NCBI GenBank assembly: GCA_051003195.1
Contig: JBPCLP010000047.1
Coordinates: 96,001-160,000 of the forward strand
Length of the DNA stretch: 64,000 nucleotides
Origin: Candidatus Sumerlaeaceae bacterium
GTDB taxonomy: Bacteria > Sumerlaeota > Sumerlaeia > Sumerlaeales > Sumerlaeaceae
Direction of reading: 5' to 3'
The position numbers and the translations under genes are program-made. This document shows positions 26,800 through 36,641 of this stretch, one piece after another; position 1 is the stretch's first letter; each line of letters begins with the position of its first letter. The notes under the pieces were generated by a model. That model searched no databases, had not been told where the DNA came from, and saw nothing but the letters and a program-made list of their open reading frames with translations.

Positions 26800-28251
26800 C
26801 TACACATCAGACCCACTCGTATCGTCACGTTCTCCAAATAGCTGGTACCGCACCATCTTGTTGTGCAGGCTCTTCCTCGAAATCCCAAGCAGGTCAGCCG
26901 TGGCCTGCCTGTGGTGCTTCGCCTTCTCCAGGGCTGCCGCAATGATTCGCCGCTCCAACTGCTCACTTAGCTGCTCGACTTTTTGTTGAAGCGGAACGGA
27001 GAAATCTTCAAGCACGTCATCGACCGGCCGCGATGTGGCCGTCCATGTTTCCTGCGAGACGGGTACCGTCGCCTGGCCGGAAGTTACATTCGGTGGTAAA
27101 TCCTCTTTCCGTAAAACGGTGCCCGATGACATGACCATTGCGCGCTGCACCACGTTCTCCAGCTCGCGTACATTACCCGGCCATGGATAGTGCGTTATCG
27201 ACTGCAGTGCATCGGAGGTAAGCCCCTGGATGTTTTTGTTCAGGCGCGGATTATACGCGCTGATGAAATGCTCGACCAGCTGTGGGATATCCGCCTGCCG
27301 TTTTCGAAGCGGAGGCAGATGAATCGGTAAAACGTTCAGGCGAAAGAACAGGTCCTCCCGAAAGGTCTTCTCCTCCACACACTTCTGCAAATGGCGGTTC
27401 GTCGCCGCAATCACACGCAAATCGACTTTTATGGGTTTCGATCCTCCCACCCGCATTATCTCGCGTTCTTGCAGCGCGCGCAGCAGCTTGCTTTGCAGAA
27501 GCAGTGGCATGTCCCCAATCTCGTCCAGGAAGATGCTGCCGCCATCCGCAGATTCAAATCGTCCCAGCTTCGTCGCGACCGCGCCCGTGAAGGCTCCGCG
27601 TTCGTGGCCAAACAATTCGCTTTCCAGTAGCGATTCCGGAATCGCCGCGCAGTTCACGCTCACGAACGGTTTCGATTTCCGCCGGGAATGATAGTGCACC
27701 GCCTGGGCAACAAGCTCCTTACCGGTCCCACTTTCGCCGGTAATCAGGACGGTCACTTCGTTAGTGACTACTTTCTCAATGAGCGAATACACGCTGCGCA
27801 TCGCGTCGCTCTGGCCAATGATGCGGTCGAATGACACGCGTTGCCGAAGACGGTCTTCCAGGTCGGAGATCTGCGTTAGCAGGTGCTGCTTCTCCAGCGC
27901 ACGTTTAACAACAATTCGCATTTCATCCAGTTCGAACGGCTTCGTAAAATAATCATACGCACCCTCACGCATTGCCGCCACGGCCACCTGGTGATTACCA
28001 TGCGCAGTCATCATCAGCACCACCAGGTTCGGTCGAGTCCGCCGAATCTCCCGCAAGGCTTCCATGCCATCCATTCCCGGCATCTTGATATCCATGATTA
28101 CCAGGTCTTGCTCGCCCTCACGCACAAGTTGCACTGCTTCTTCTCCGCTTGCGGCTGTTGATACTTCATAGCCTTCGCGCGACATTACCTCGCGTAGCAG
28201 AAAGCGCATGCTTTCCTCATCATCGACGACCAGGATTCGGGATACTTCCAA
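26800..28251 (-). CDS. Sigma-54-dependent response regulator (NtrC/AtoC family)
   Basis: REC domain (VVDDE, DIKMP); GESGTGKE, GAFTGA, FLDEIGD and WPGNVREL; Fis-type HTH. Confidence 0.95.
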   Translation of the reverse strand: MEVSRILVVDDEESMRFLLREVMSREGYEVSTAASGEEAVQLVREGEQDLVIMDIKMPGMDGMEALREIRRTRPNLVVLMMTAHGNHQVAVAAMREGAYDYFTKPFELDEMRIVVKRALEKQHLLTQISDLEDRLRQRVSFDRIIGQSDAMRSVYSLIEKVVTNEVTVLITGESGTGKELVAQAVHYHSRRKSKPFVSVNCAAIPESLLESELFGHERGAFTGAVATKLGRFESADGGSIFLDEIGDMPLLLQSKLLRALQEREIMRVGGSKPIKVDLRVIAATNRHLQKCVEEKTFREDLFFRLNVLPIHLPPLRKRQADIPQLVEHFISAYNPRLNKNIQGLTSDALQSITHYPWPGNVRELENVVQRAMVMSSGTVLRKEDLPPNVTSGQATVPVSQETWTATSRPVDDVLEDFSVPLQQKVEQLSEQLERRIIAAALEKAKHHRQATADLLGISRKSLHNKMVRYQLFGERDDTSGSDV

Positions 28252-28325
28252 TTCAAAAACTCTCCGGCACTAAAGGTTGTGCGTATATGCAGCATCTAAT
28301 TCGCATGCACAACTCGAACATCGGC

Positions 28326-29855
28326 CTAATTACCATCTGCGGACCCCACGGGAAGCTTGATCACAAAGCAAACTTTGTTATCTTCGTTTCGCACGAGAAT
28401 CTCGCCTCCGTGATGCGTGATGACCTGGTAGGCGATCGACAGGCCGAGCCCACTACCACCCGGTCTTGTGCTGTAAAACGGCTCAAATACGTGGTCGATC
28501 TGATCCTCGGGAATTGCGGCTCCGGTATTCGCAACAAGGATTCGCAGCGGTAGCGCGTCTCCTTCTTCGTACTTTGTTTCAACTTCCACAACACCATGTT
28601 CTGGCGTGTGCTGAAGCGCGTTAATCAGGATATTAACAAGGGCCTGTGAAACTTTATCTTTTGAAAGCTGCGTAACGGGAAGCGTCTGGTAGTTCTCCGA
28701 AATTTGCACGCCATTTCTGAGAATGCTTTTCGGATTATTGCGCGCGAGAGCAACTGTGTCCGCACAAAGCCGCACAACATCGGTTGGCTCACGCTGTGCC
28801 GTCGGGTGCGAATACGCCTGCACCTCCCGCACAAGATCGTCCAGCCGGTTGACTTCCTTTACGATTACCCGCGCGTATTCGCCCGCGCGCGGCATGTCCT
28901 TTACGTCCTCCGCAAGCAACTGCGCGGTGCCCTTGATCGCGCCGAGCGGATTACGGATTTCATGCGCCAATCCGGTCGCAAAAGTCCCCATGGTCGCCAG
29001 CCGGTCCGCACGCTTCATCTGTTCGTAAAAGCGCTGCACGTCCTGCAGATCCCGGAAATTAATAATGACTCCGAAGACTTTGCCATCGCGGTCGCGCATT
29101 GGCGAACTGTTTACGCTGAAGCGGCGGGACTGCCCGTTCGCTGTGACCATAACTTCACGTCCGACGATCGCGTCGCCTTTCCACACTCCTTCTTCATAGA
29201 CGGCACGCAATTCTTCCAGGCCCTCCGCGTCCAGCAGCCGGCTCGCACTTTGCCCTTCCACCTGGTCCGCATGAAGACCCAGCATGCGCTCTGCGGCGGA
29301 GTTCACAGCCGTGACAGACCCCTTGAAGTCGGTCGTGATAAGCCCGCCCGAAAAACTCTCCAGTACGAAACGGTTTCGATTCTCGAAAAAGCTGTTCAGT
29401 GCCTCAACCATGTGATTAAATGAACTACCCAACACACCGACCTCATCGGTTCTTTGAACATCGACCTTGTGGCGCAGATCGCCCCCTGCGACCTTTTCGC
29501 TTAAAGCTATGATCCTTCTAATGGGAGCCGTAATCGAGTACGCGATCACAAATCCGATGATGGCTCCACCGAGATTGAAGATCAGTAAAAGTAAAAGCCA
29601 GTCGCTCGCGAACTCCTGCTGGCTTTTTGCCGCATGCTCACTTGTTGCCCCGGTTCCGAAATACGCATCAACAAGCCAGAAGTACACCCCTGCCATCACC
29701 GTCACCAGCAGCACAATCGTTACTGGCAGCGCGATCAACAGCCGCACTCTCGAATGAGACGGTGGGCTTTCCCGATTCGCCACCCGTAGCAGGTTCGCGG
29801 TGGAATCGGAGAGCGTGTCCGGCTGCTCGGTCCGATCCTGGTCTTCTTTGTTCAA
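28326..29855 (-). CDS. Membrane sensor histidine kinase (HAMP-PAS-HisKA-HATPase)
   Basis: Two TM helices; HAMP (DEVGVLGSSFNHM); AHEIRNPL; N, F and G boxes. Confidence 0.93.
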   Translation of the reverse strand: MNKEDQDRTEQPDTLSDSTANLLRVANRESPPSHSRVRLLIALPVTIVLLVTVMAGVYFWLVDAYFGTGATSEHAAKSQQEFASDWLLLLLIFNLGGAIIGFVIAYSITAPIRRIIALSEKVAGGDLRHKVDVQRTDEVGVLGSSFNHMVEALNSFFENRNRFVLESFSGGLITTDFKGSVTAVNSAAERMLGLHADQVEGQSASRLLDAEGLEELRAVYEEGVWKGDAIVGREVMVTANGQSRRFSVNSSPMRDRDGKVFGVIINFRDLQDVQRFYEQMKRADRLATMGTFATGLAHEIRNPLGAIKGTAQLLAEDVKDMPRAGEYARVIVKEVNRLDDLVREVQAYSHPTAQREPTDVVRLCADTVALARNNPKSILRNGVQISENYQTLPVTQLSKDKVSQALVNILINALQHTPEHGVVEVETKYEEGDALPLRILVANTGAAIPEDQIDHVFEPFYSTRPGGSGLGLSIAYQVITHHGGEILVRNEDNKVCFVIKLPVGSADGN

Positions 29856-29977
29856 GCCGGCAACTGCCCTTTCAAAGCATCAATTGACCTACGGATAAAA
29901 ACACGTGGAAATCGCAAAATCATCTGACATACCAATCTTCAGATGCTAGCATTAAGAACAGAGAGGGAACCCGGCGA

Positions 29978-30274
29978 TTGCCTGTCCATCTACACACGTT
30001 GCGTCTTGTAGTGATATGCTTCCCCATTCTGATTTGTTCGGGTTGCGATCAGAAGCCTGGTCAGGCAAAAACAAGCATCGGACCCGCCGTCACATCCGCT
30101 ACAGTCACCCGGCAAACCACCGACCCCGTTCGCACTTCACCCGGTGCCGCTCGTGATCTGCCGTTTTTTTCCGAGCGCTACATGCCCGTGGAGGACAGAC
30201 TTCTGCGCCGTCAGCAGCGGCTCATACAGGTGCTGAATAGCTCTACGACCGAGACTGTCGGTTTAAAACGATGA
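29978..30274 (+). CDS. Hypothetical lipoprotein
   Basis: Hydrophobic N-terminus with CSGC lipobox-like site; GAGGGA upstream. Confidence 0.5.
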   Translation: MPVHLHTLRLVVICFPILICSGCDQKPGQAKTSIGPAVTSATVTRQTTDPVRTSPGAARDLPFFSERYMPVEDRLLRRQQRLIQVLNSSTTETVGLKR

Positions 30275-30338
30275 TTCGCCCTCCAGCTTCGTATACCTCT
30301 GCTGGCAGGCATTTTCAAAAACCAGGAAAGAAAATAGG

Positions 30339-30884
30339 ATGAGAATTACAACGGCTGTGTTGGCTGCCATCAGCTTTATTGCATTCGCAGGATGTCAGCA
30401 GGAAGCAAAGCACGATCACAACGAGGAGGCACATGCCAGCAGCGCGCCTAAGGCGCCACCTTCTCCTGAACTCGCCAAAGTCGTGCTTGCCTCAGGTGCG
30501 CCGCAGCAGACCATCGGCGTTGCCCAGGCAAAGAAGGAGATCAAGGATGGCGATCCGATCGCATTGGTCGGGCGCGTTAAGGACTTTGTCGAGGGCCAGG
30601 CCGTCTTTACCGTCATGGATAGCAAGATCCCGTCATGTAGCGACAACCCTGGCGATAAGTGCCCCACACCATGGGATTATTGCTGCGAGACAAAAGAAAC
30701 GGTCACGGTTAATAGCGCCACAGTGAAAATTGTCGGCGATGGGACTGCGGCGCTGAAAGGCAATTTGCACGGCGTAAACAGCATCGACCACCTCACGACC
30801 GTAGTGGCCGAGGGCAAGGCCCAGCGAGACCCGGCCGGAAACCTCACAGTATTGGCGAATCGAGTTTATCTCACGCCATCCTGA
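30339..30884 (+). CDS. Lipoprotein of unknown function with Cys cluster
   Basis: FAGC lipobox; HDHNEEAH; CSDNPGDKCPTPWDYCC motif. Confidence 0.8.
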   Translation: MRITTAVLAAISFIAFAGCQQEAKHDHNEEAHASSAPKAPPSPELAKVVLASGAPQQTIGVAQAKKEIKDGDPIALVGRVKDFVEGQAVFTVMDSKIPSCSDNPGDKCPTPWDYCCETKETVTVNSATVKIVGDGTAALKGNLHGVNSIDHLTTVVAEGKAQRDPAGNLTVLANRVYLTPS

Positions 30885-30891
30885 GCCGCCG

Positions 30892-31635
30892 TCATTTCTT
30901 CTTCCGCAGCTCCGCACGTTTCGCTTTTTCGCGGGCGTCCTGCTGCTGTTCCTCACGCACCTGCGCGTCGCCCGAAAGTGTTTCGGGTCTACCGAGGAAG
31001 TGCGGCTGCTTGTTAAAAACATAGACGTCCAGCACCGCAATCGCACGGGCATAGAACTCCCGGATGCGAACACGCTTTACCGATACTCCGCTGTATTTGG
31101 ACTTGTCCGCAATCATGCCGTCTGCTTTAACGCCTAGCTTATCTGCAAGGAACAGGCATCGCGGCAAATGGAACTGCTGCGTCACAACGACCAGGTCTTG
31201 CAGTCCCCAAACCTCCTTTGCGCGGTAGATCGAGTCGTAAGTCCGAAATCCTGCAAAATCGCGCACAACGTCATTAGACGGAACTCCAAGCTCCAAAGCC
31301 CTTTTACGCATCGCACTTACTTCGTCGTAATATCGCTCGCTGTTGTCGCCACTCATCAACAGCTTGTTTACCTTGCCGGCTTTATACAGCTCCACCGCGC
31401 GATAAACACGGTCGTCCAGCATTGCAGATAGCCTGCCACCGGGGTAAATACGCGCGCCGGGTACCAGTGCCACCTGGCGCTGCGGCACATCCTCAATGCT
31501 GCGATGCATACGCGCGCCCGCGCGTGCCACCATCCACTGGTCAATACCAATAAGAGTCAGCACCGGCAGTAGGAGTATCAGCGCCACAACAATGCCTGTC
31601 ACCAGCAAAACCTTCTTCCAGCGTACTCGCTTCAC
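30892..31635 (-). CDS. SanA/YdcF (DUF218) family protein
   Basis: [17 protein letters not shown] and [12 protein letters not shown] start overlapping the pdxJ stop. Confidence 0.9.
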   Translation of the reverse strand: MKRVRWKKVLLVTGIVVALILLLPVLTLIGIDQWMVARAGARMHRSIEDVPQRQVALVPGARIYPGGRLSAMLDDRVYRAVELYKAGKVNKLLMSGDNSERYYDEVSAMRKRALELGVPSNDVVRDFAGFRTYDSIYRAKEVWGLQDLVVVTQQFHLPRCLFLADKLGVKADGMIADKSKYSGVSVKRVRIREFYARAIAVLDVYVFNKQPHFLGRPETLSGDAQVREEQQQDAREKAKRAELRKKK

Positions 31636-32405
31636 GCGCAGAAAAATTCGTGAATCTGTTGCGGCGAATGATGGCGTGCCAGCAGCTCCGCTTGAGCAAT
31701 TGCCTGCACCATCTCGCAAGTTGCGCGTTCAAAACCCACCAGTACCGCATGCGAAACAATGGAGTGCCCGATGTGCAGCTCTCGAACACCTGAAATCGCG
31801 GCGACTGGCATTACGTTACGAAGGTTCAATCCATGACCCGCATTCACACTTTGGCCATTGGTGATCGCGTGCAGCGCCGCGCTCTCCAGTTTTTGCAGCT
31901 CAATGCTCCGCTGCACACTGGTGCTCGCATTCGCGTAGGCCCCGGTGTGCAGCTCCAGAACGTCCGCTCCGCACTCGCGCACCGCGTCAACCTGCGCGTG
32001 TTCCGGGTCAATGAAATGGCTCACCAGCATCCCGGCCGATTTCATCCGCTGTGTCGCCTCACGAATGCGGTTCACGTTTCCTGCCACATCGAGCCCGCCT
32101 TCAGTCGTTACCTCCGTGCGTTTCTCCGGGACAAACATGACCATGTAAGGACGAATCTGCTCGGCAATTCCCAGCATCTCGTCCGTAGCCGCCAGTTCCA
32201 GGTTCAGGTTGGTACGCACCGTCTCTTTAAGGCGCCTCACGTCAGCATCCTGGATGTGCCGCCTGTCTTCCCGCAGGTGACACGTAATCCCTGCGGCCCC
32301 GCCGAGTTCCGCCAGTATAGCTGCAGCAACCGGATCCGGCTCCGCGATTCGCCGCGCCTGCCGGACAGTTGCCACGTGGTCGATGTTTACGCAAAGTTTA
32401 GCCAT
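31632..32405 (-). CDS. pdxJ: Pyridoxine 5'-phosphate synthase
   Basis: [34 protein letters not shown] and NAGHGL. Confidence 0.97.
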   Translation of the reverse strand: MAKLCVNIDHVATVRQARRIAEPDPVAAAILAELGGAAGITCHLREDRRHIQDADVRRLKETVRTNLNLELAATDEMLGIAEQIRPYMVMFVPEKRTEVTTEGGLDVAGNVNRIREATQRMKSAGMLVSHFIDPEHAQVDAVRECGADVLELHTGAYANASTSVQRSIELQKLESAALHAITNGQSVNAGHGLNLRNVMPVAAISGVRELHIGHSIVSHAVLVGFERATCEMVQAIAQAELLARHHSPQQIHEFFCA

Positions 32406-32489
32406 GCAGATTCCCATGAAGGATCGAGCCCCGCGCGCAACAAATAAGCGCGCGCGGCTCCTCAGCTGCCACAGCGAACAATGCTGCCC

Positions 32490-33329
32490 CTAAATCTTCT
32501 CCACCACACCGGTAATCAACTGAGTGAGGCGAGGTTCGGCTTCACCTGCCACTTTAATAATTTGTTCCAGGGTCGCCGCATGCAGCGCATCCGGCAGACA
32601 CGCGTCTGTCACTGTCGACACCCCCAGCACGCGCATGCCGCCGTGCACCGCCACGATGACTTCCGGCACTGTTGACATCGTCACAATATCTGCCCCCATC
32701 CGCTGGAACATACGATATTCCGCTGCGGTTTCCAGGTTCGGCCCGGTCACCGCCACCATAACCCCGCGATGCACGTTTGCGATTCTGCGCTCCAGCGCCA
32801 CCGCCTCCGCCAACACAATCAGGTCGCGCGAGTAAGGCTCGCTCATATCCGGAAAGCGGGGACCCAGTTCCTCATCGTTCGGCCCGATCAGTGGGTTATC
32901 GCCCATCAAGTTGATGTGATCGCGCGCGATTACCAGCGCGCCGGGCGGAATGAGCAAGTTCATGCTGCCCACGGCATTCATGACAATAAGAACATCACAG
33001 CCAAGCGCACGCATTACCCGCACCGGAAACGTAACCTGCTGCAGGCTGTACCCCTCGTAAAAATGGAAACGCCCCTGCATCATAAACACTGGCTTGCCGC
33101 CAAATTGTCCAAGGTGGAGGCGACCCGCGTGCGATTCCACCGTTGAGACAGGGAAGTGCGGAATCTCGCGGTAATCGATCACCGTCGCGTCCTTCACCTC
33201 CTTCGACAGCGCCCCCATGCCCGTGCCCAGGATAATCCCGATCTGCGGCGCAATGGATGTTTTCCCACGGATAAACTCCGCGGCTTCGTTGATCTTGTGT
33301 CGCAGAGCGTTGGCTGGCGGTGCGGTCAT
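32490..33329 (-). CDS. punA: Purine-nucleoside phosphorylase (trimeric type)
   Basis: IILGTG, GRFHFYEGY, RFPDMS, GPNLETAAE and MSTVPEV. Confidence 0.93.
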   Translation of the reverse strand: MTAPPANALRHKINEAAEFIRGKTSIAPQIGIILGTGMGALSKEVKDATVIDYREIPHFPVSTVESHAGRLHLGQFGGKPVFMMQGRFHFYEGYSLQQVTFPVRVMRALGCDVLIVMNAVGSMNLLIPPGALVIARDHINLMGDNPLIGPNDEELGPRFPDMSEPYSRDLIVLAEAVALERRIANVHRGVMVAVTGPNLETAAEYRMFQRMGADIVTMSTVPEVIVAVHGGMRVLGVSTVTDACLPDALHAATLEQIIKVAGEAEPRLTQLITGVVEKI

Positions 33330-33476
33330 TCGATTTCCTGTTTCAGAGGCTGTGCCGTATACATTGCACGCCCGACCGGTTTAGGCACACCCGCCCTCGT
33401 GTGCAAGCCTCTTGTCACACATAATTCTGAACCGTCGAATGAACGCCGTCATCGCGAACCAGTAGTCTTACGTCTG

Positions 33477-34634
33477 ATGTTCGTGCGCTTGATGTTTTTG
33501 TTTCTCTGCCTTGCGGGGCCTTGTTATGCAGCCGGACCGGTCATGGAGATGACGTTCACGACCCAGCTCCCCCCGGACCCCGCGCTCTACGATGCCCCTG
33601 CAACCACCACAAAAGAGTGCACGATATACTGCTCGCCCCTGCTGCTTCGCTGGCAGGCGCCTTCAGCGGGAGTCACCACCACAACCGGGCTGATTGTCGT
33701 TTGTCCCGGCGGAAACCCGATCAATGATTGCTCGCGGCCCGCGCAGTACGGTGATCCCGCATGGCCCGATACAAAGAATGTGGTCATGTGCAGCGTCTTC
33801 TACCGCAACCAGGCTTTCTCTGCGCCATACGATTTCGGAAAACTGCAAATGGGAGACACGCTGCGCGGCATTGGCAGGCTGCTGGAGATTTACCCGCAGC
33901 TGGATCGCAGACGGCTTTATCTTTTTGGTGCCAGCACCGGCGGTCACGTGTCATTGCAACTGCTTCAGAGCGCGCGCCACCTCTGGGCCGAGGTGCACGT
34001 CCACTGCGCCCCGACTCTCATTACGACGCGCGCCGAAGCCCAGGCCAAATATCCGGCTGATAGCTTCGGCGACGGCTTGAACGATGCGCTTAAATTTCCT
34101 GAGCAGCAGGGAACACTATCGCTCGACCAGTGGAATCGCTTCCAGGCCGAGCGTGCATTGCGGGGTCCGCAGAATAGCATGAAGTTCGACCTTCCCGCCA
34201 GATCCAACGGAGAATATCCGTACGTGTGGGCAATGTACGGCACGCTGGATCAGATTGTGGACATCCAGCATTACCGGGATCTGCTCGCCATTGTGAAGTC
34301 CGGCACCGGCACAAGCGGCGCACAGGCTACTGTCGTCGGCGGTGAACGCTGGCAAATGCGCAACTGGACACTCTACACGGTCGAAGGCGGTTACCACGAT
34401 TACGTCGGTGCCAACGCAAACATCAGCTCCTACATGAAAGCCACGAACTACCGTATCCCCGATGCATTTAGTCGCTTGCGGCCAACCGCACCCTTGCTTT
34501 CAGTAGACTACGCATTCCCGATTCAATTCGGCTGGAGGTTCCACGTGCAGGGCGCTCTCACCTCCGCGACCGTGACAACAGAAGGACCATTCACCGCCGC
34601 CGACACCGATTGGATGCACCCGGAACTCGAGTAA
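33477..34634 (+). CDS. Secreted alpha/beta-hydrolase-fold protein
   Basis: Signal peptide; LYLFGASTGG (GxSxG); GTLD Asp and GGYH His; start set at ATG 33477. Confidence 0.7.
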   Translation: MFVRLMFLFLCLAGPCYAAGPVMEMTFTTQLPPDPALYDAPATTTKECTIYCSPLLLRWQAPSAGVTTTTGLIVVCPGGNPINDCSRPAQYGDPAWPDTKNVVMCSVFYRNQAFSAPYDFGKLQMGDTLRGIGRLLEIYPQLDRRRLYLFGASTGGHVSLQLLQSARHLWAEVHVHCAPTLITTRAEAQAKYPADSFGDGLNDALKFPEQQGTLSLDQWNRFQAERALRGPQNSMKFDLPARSNGEYPYVWAMYGTLDQIVDIQHYRDLLAIVKSGTGTSGAQATVVGGERWQMRNWTLYTVEGGYHDYVGANANISSYMKATNYRIPDAFSRLRPTAPLLSVDYAFPIQFGWRFHVQGALTSATVTTEGPFTAADTDWMHPELE

Positions 34635-34680
34635 TCCGCTGCGCCCTGCATCGCACTTTAACGCATTGCATTGCACTACG

Positions 34681-35370
34681 CTACAGCCGCGAAGGCCGTT
34701 CTTGCTCCGGTTGAAGTGCCGCCGCTGTCAATAGCACCACCAGGCATAAGAGCGTAGTCGCCGCAACCAGCATCAAAGCTTCACGGTCCCGTCCGGCATT
34801 CACACGATCGTAAATTGCCAGTGCCGCCGTCTGCGTGCGACCAGGCAGGTTGCCCGCCACCATCAGTGTAGCACCAAAATCCCCCAGCGCGCGCGAAAAC
34901 GCAATAGCTGCTGCGGCCACTAGCGGTAACCGCACCAGCGGCAGATAAATATGGGCAAACAGCGGTAGACCCTCGGCGCCATCCAGCCGCGCGGCCTCGA
35001 GCACATCTTTGTCCGTAGCCGCAAATGCCGCCGCCAGCTGCCGGGCGACAATCGGTATCGCCGACGCGCACGACGCCAGGATCGCCGCTTTCAGCGTGAA
35101 CACGAGCGGCTCCCCGGTAAACTGCTCCCAAAGCTGTCCCACCGGGCTGCGCCGGCCCAGCGCTACCAGCAGGAAATACCCGAGTACCGTCGGGGGGAGT
35201 GCCAGGGGAAGCAATACAAGCGCGCTCAGCCACCGCCGCATCGACCCACCCAGCTGCGCAATCCAGTATCCCAATAAAGTGCCAATCGCCAGCGAGATGA
35301 TAGTCGCCGCTAGCCCTACCTCCAGCGACAGCCACAGCGGCCGCCAGTCCATCTGTGAAATCTCAGTCAC
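34681..35370 (-). CDS. modB: Molybdate ABC transporter permease
   Basis: LPLALPPTVLGYFLL, EAARLDGA and GDFGATLMVAGNLPGRTQT. Confidence 0.92.
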   Translation of the reverse strand: MTEISQMDWRPLWLSLEVGLAATIISLAIGTLLGYWIAQLGGSMRRWLSALVLLPLALPPTVLGYFLLVALGRRSPVGQLWEQFTGEPLVFTLKAAILASCASAIPIVARQLAAAFAATDKDVLEAARLDGAEGLPLFAHIYLPLVRLPLVAAAAIAFSRALGDFGATLMVAGNLPGRTQTAALAIYDRVNAGRDREALMLVAATTLLCLVVLLTAAALQPEQERPSRL

Positions 35371-35540
35371 CCACCCATTCCGGTCCTGACACTGGAAAGT
35401 GGAAAGGAGAAAGTGCGCTGCCTGACAGGCACTCTCGCCCGCCTGAGTTTAAACCACCCCCGCCTGCTTCGCAAGCGGCCCCGCCGGGTCCACCCCCGCA
35501 GTAGGCTGGCCCCTCAGCCCGGCTCGTTCAGTCCCGCCAG

Positions 35541-36641
35541 CTATCCTTTCGGCTGCTGCTGCGTCATGCAGTGCAGCGTACCAAGTCCCCATACCAGCTC
35601 GAGGCAATGAATGCCCACCACACGCCGCTTCGGAAACATTCCCTGCAACGTCGCCAATGCAACCCGGTCACTCTTGTCATTAAACGTAGGAACAAGCACC
35701 GAGCCATTCGTAATATAAAAGTTCGCATAGCTGGCGGGCAGTCGCTGGCCCTCAAAAATCACCGGTTCCGGCATCGGAAGCGTCACAATTCGAAACGGCC
35801 GCCCCTTCAAATCGCGCATTTTTTGTAACAGCGCAAGGTTCTCCTTAAGCGGATCATGGTTCACGTCTGATTTATCGGGCTCGCTCACGATGGCGATTGT
35901 CGATGCATCGGTAAAGCGAGCCAGGTCGTCTACATGCCCGTGAGTGTCGTCACCCGCAATACCATTACGGAGCCATAGAACTTTCTGGATGCCGAGATAA
36001 TCGGCCATGCTGTTCTCAATCTGCTGCCGCGACATTCCCGCGTTCCGTTGCTGCACCTCGCTCAGCAGGCATTCCTCGGTCGTGAGCAGTAGGCCGCTTC
36101 CATTCACATCGATGCTGCCGCCCTCCAAGACGATGCGCCGCTCAGGGTCACCGCTGACCGGCTTCCATTGATCAACCTTCAGCTTACGCGCGAGCTGATC
36201 CGGCACTGCATCATCGCGTTTCCAGTCATCGTACTTTGCCCAGGCGTTGAAATGCCAGTTGGTCATCCCCACCGAGCGACTTCCACCTCGACCATCTTTC
36301 ACAACGAAGATGGGCCCAAAATCCCGCACCCACACGCGATCGGTCTCAATCGTGAAGAATCGAACCAGCTTCAGGTCTACACCCATTTTGACCAGCAGAC
36401 GCCGCGCTTTGTCCTCTGCGTCACGGTCAATCAGGATGTGCACCATTTCGTCGCGCGTAATCTGCCGGACAATCCCGGCATACACCCACGGTATCGGCGC
36501 AAAGCGACCCGGCCAGTCCTTTACGTTATGCGGCCACGCAATCCATGTTGCCTGGTGCGGTTCCCATTCCGCCGGCATACGGTATCCGAGCCTCCCCGGC
36601 AGCTCAACCTCAGCCGGGCGCTTCACCTTCGCCGACCCCAT
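35541..36641 (-). CDS. aguA: Agmatine/peptidylarginine deiminase family
   Basis: MPAEWEPH, WVRDFGP, LEGGSI, DDTHGHVD, ASYANF and GTLHCMTQQQP. Confidence 0.92.
   Translation of the reverse strand: MGSAKVKRPAEVELPGRLGYRMPAEWEPHQATWIAWPHNVKDWPGRFAPIPWVYAGIVRQITRDEMVHILIDRDAEDKARRLLVKMGVDLKLVRFFTIETDRVWVRDFGPIFVVKDGRGGSRSVGMTNWHFNAWAKYDDWKRDDAVPDQLARKLKVDQWKPVSGDPERRIVLEGGSIDVNGSGLLLTTEECLLSEVQQRNAGMSRQQIENSMADYLGIQKVLWLRNGIAGDDTHGHVDDLARFTDASTIAIVSEPDKSDVNHDPLKENLALLQKMRDLKGRPFRIVTLPMPEPVIFEGQRLPASYANFYITNGSVLVPTFNDKSDRVALATLQGMFPKRRVVGIHCLELVWGLGTLHCMTQQQPKG

Noticed and set aside
35385..35540. Moco riboswitch upstream of modB (TGGAAAGGAG)
   Set aside because: The motif is on the strand opposite modB and the other conserved elements are absent.
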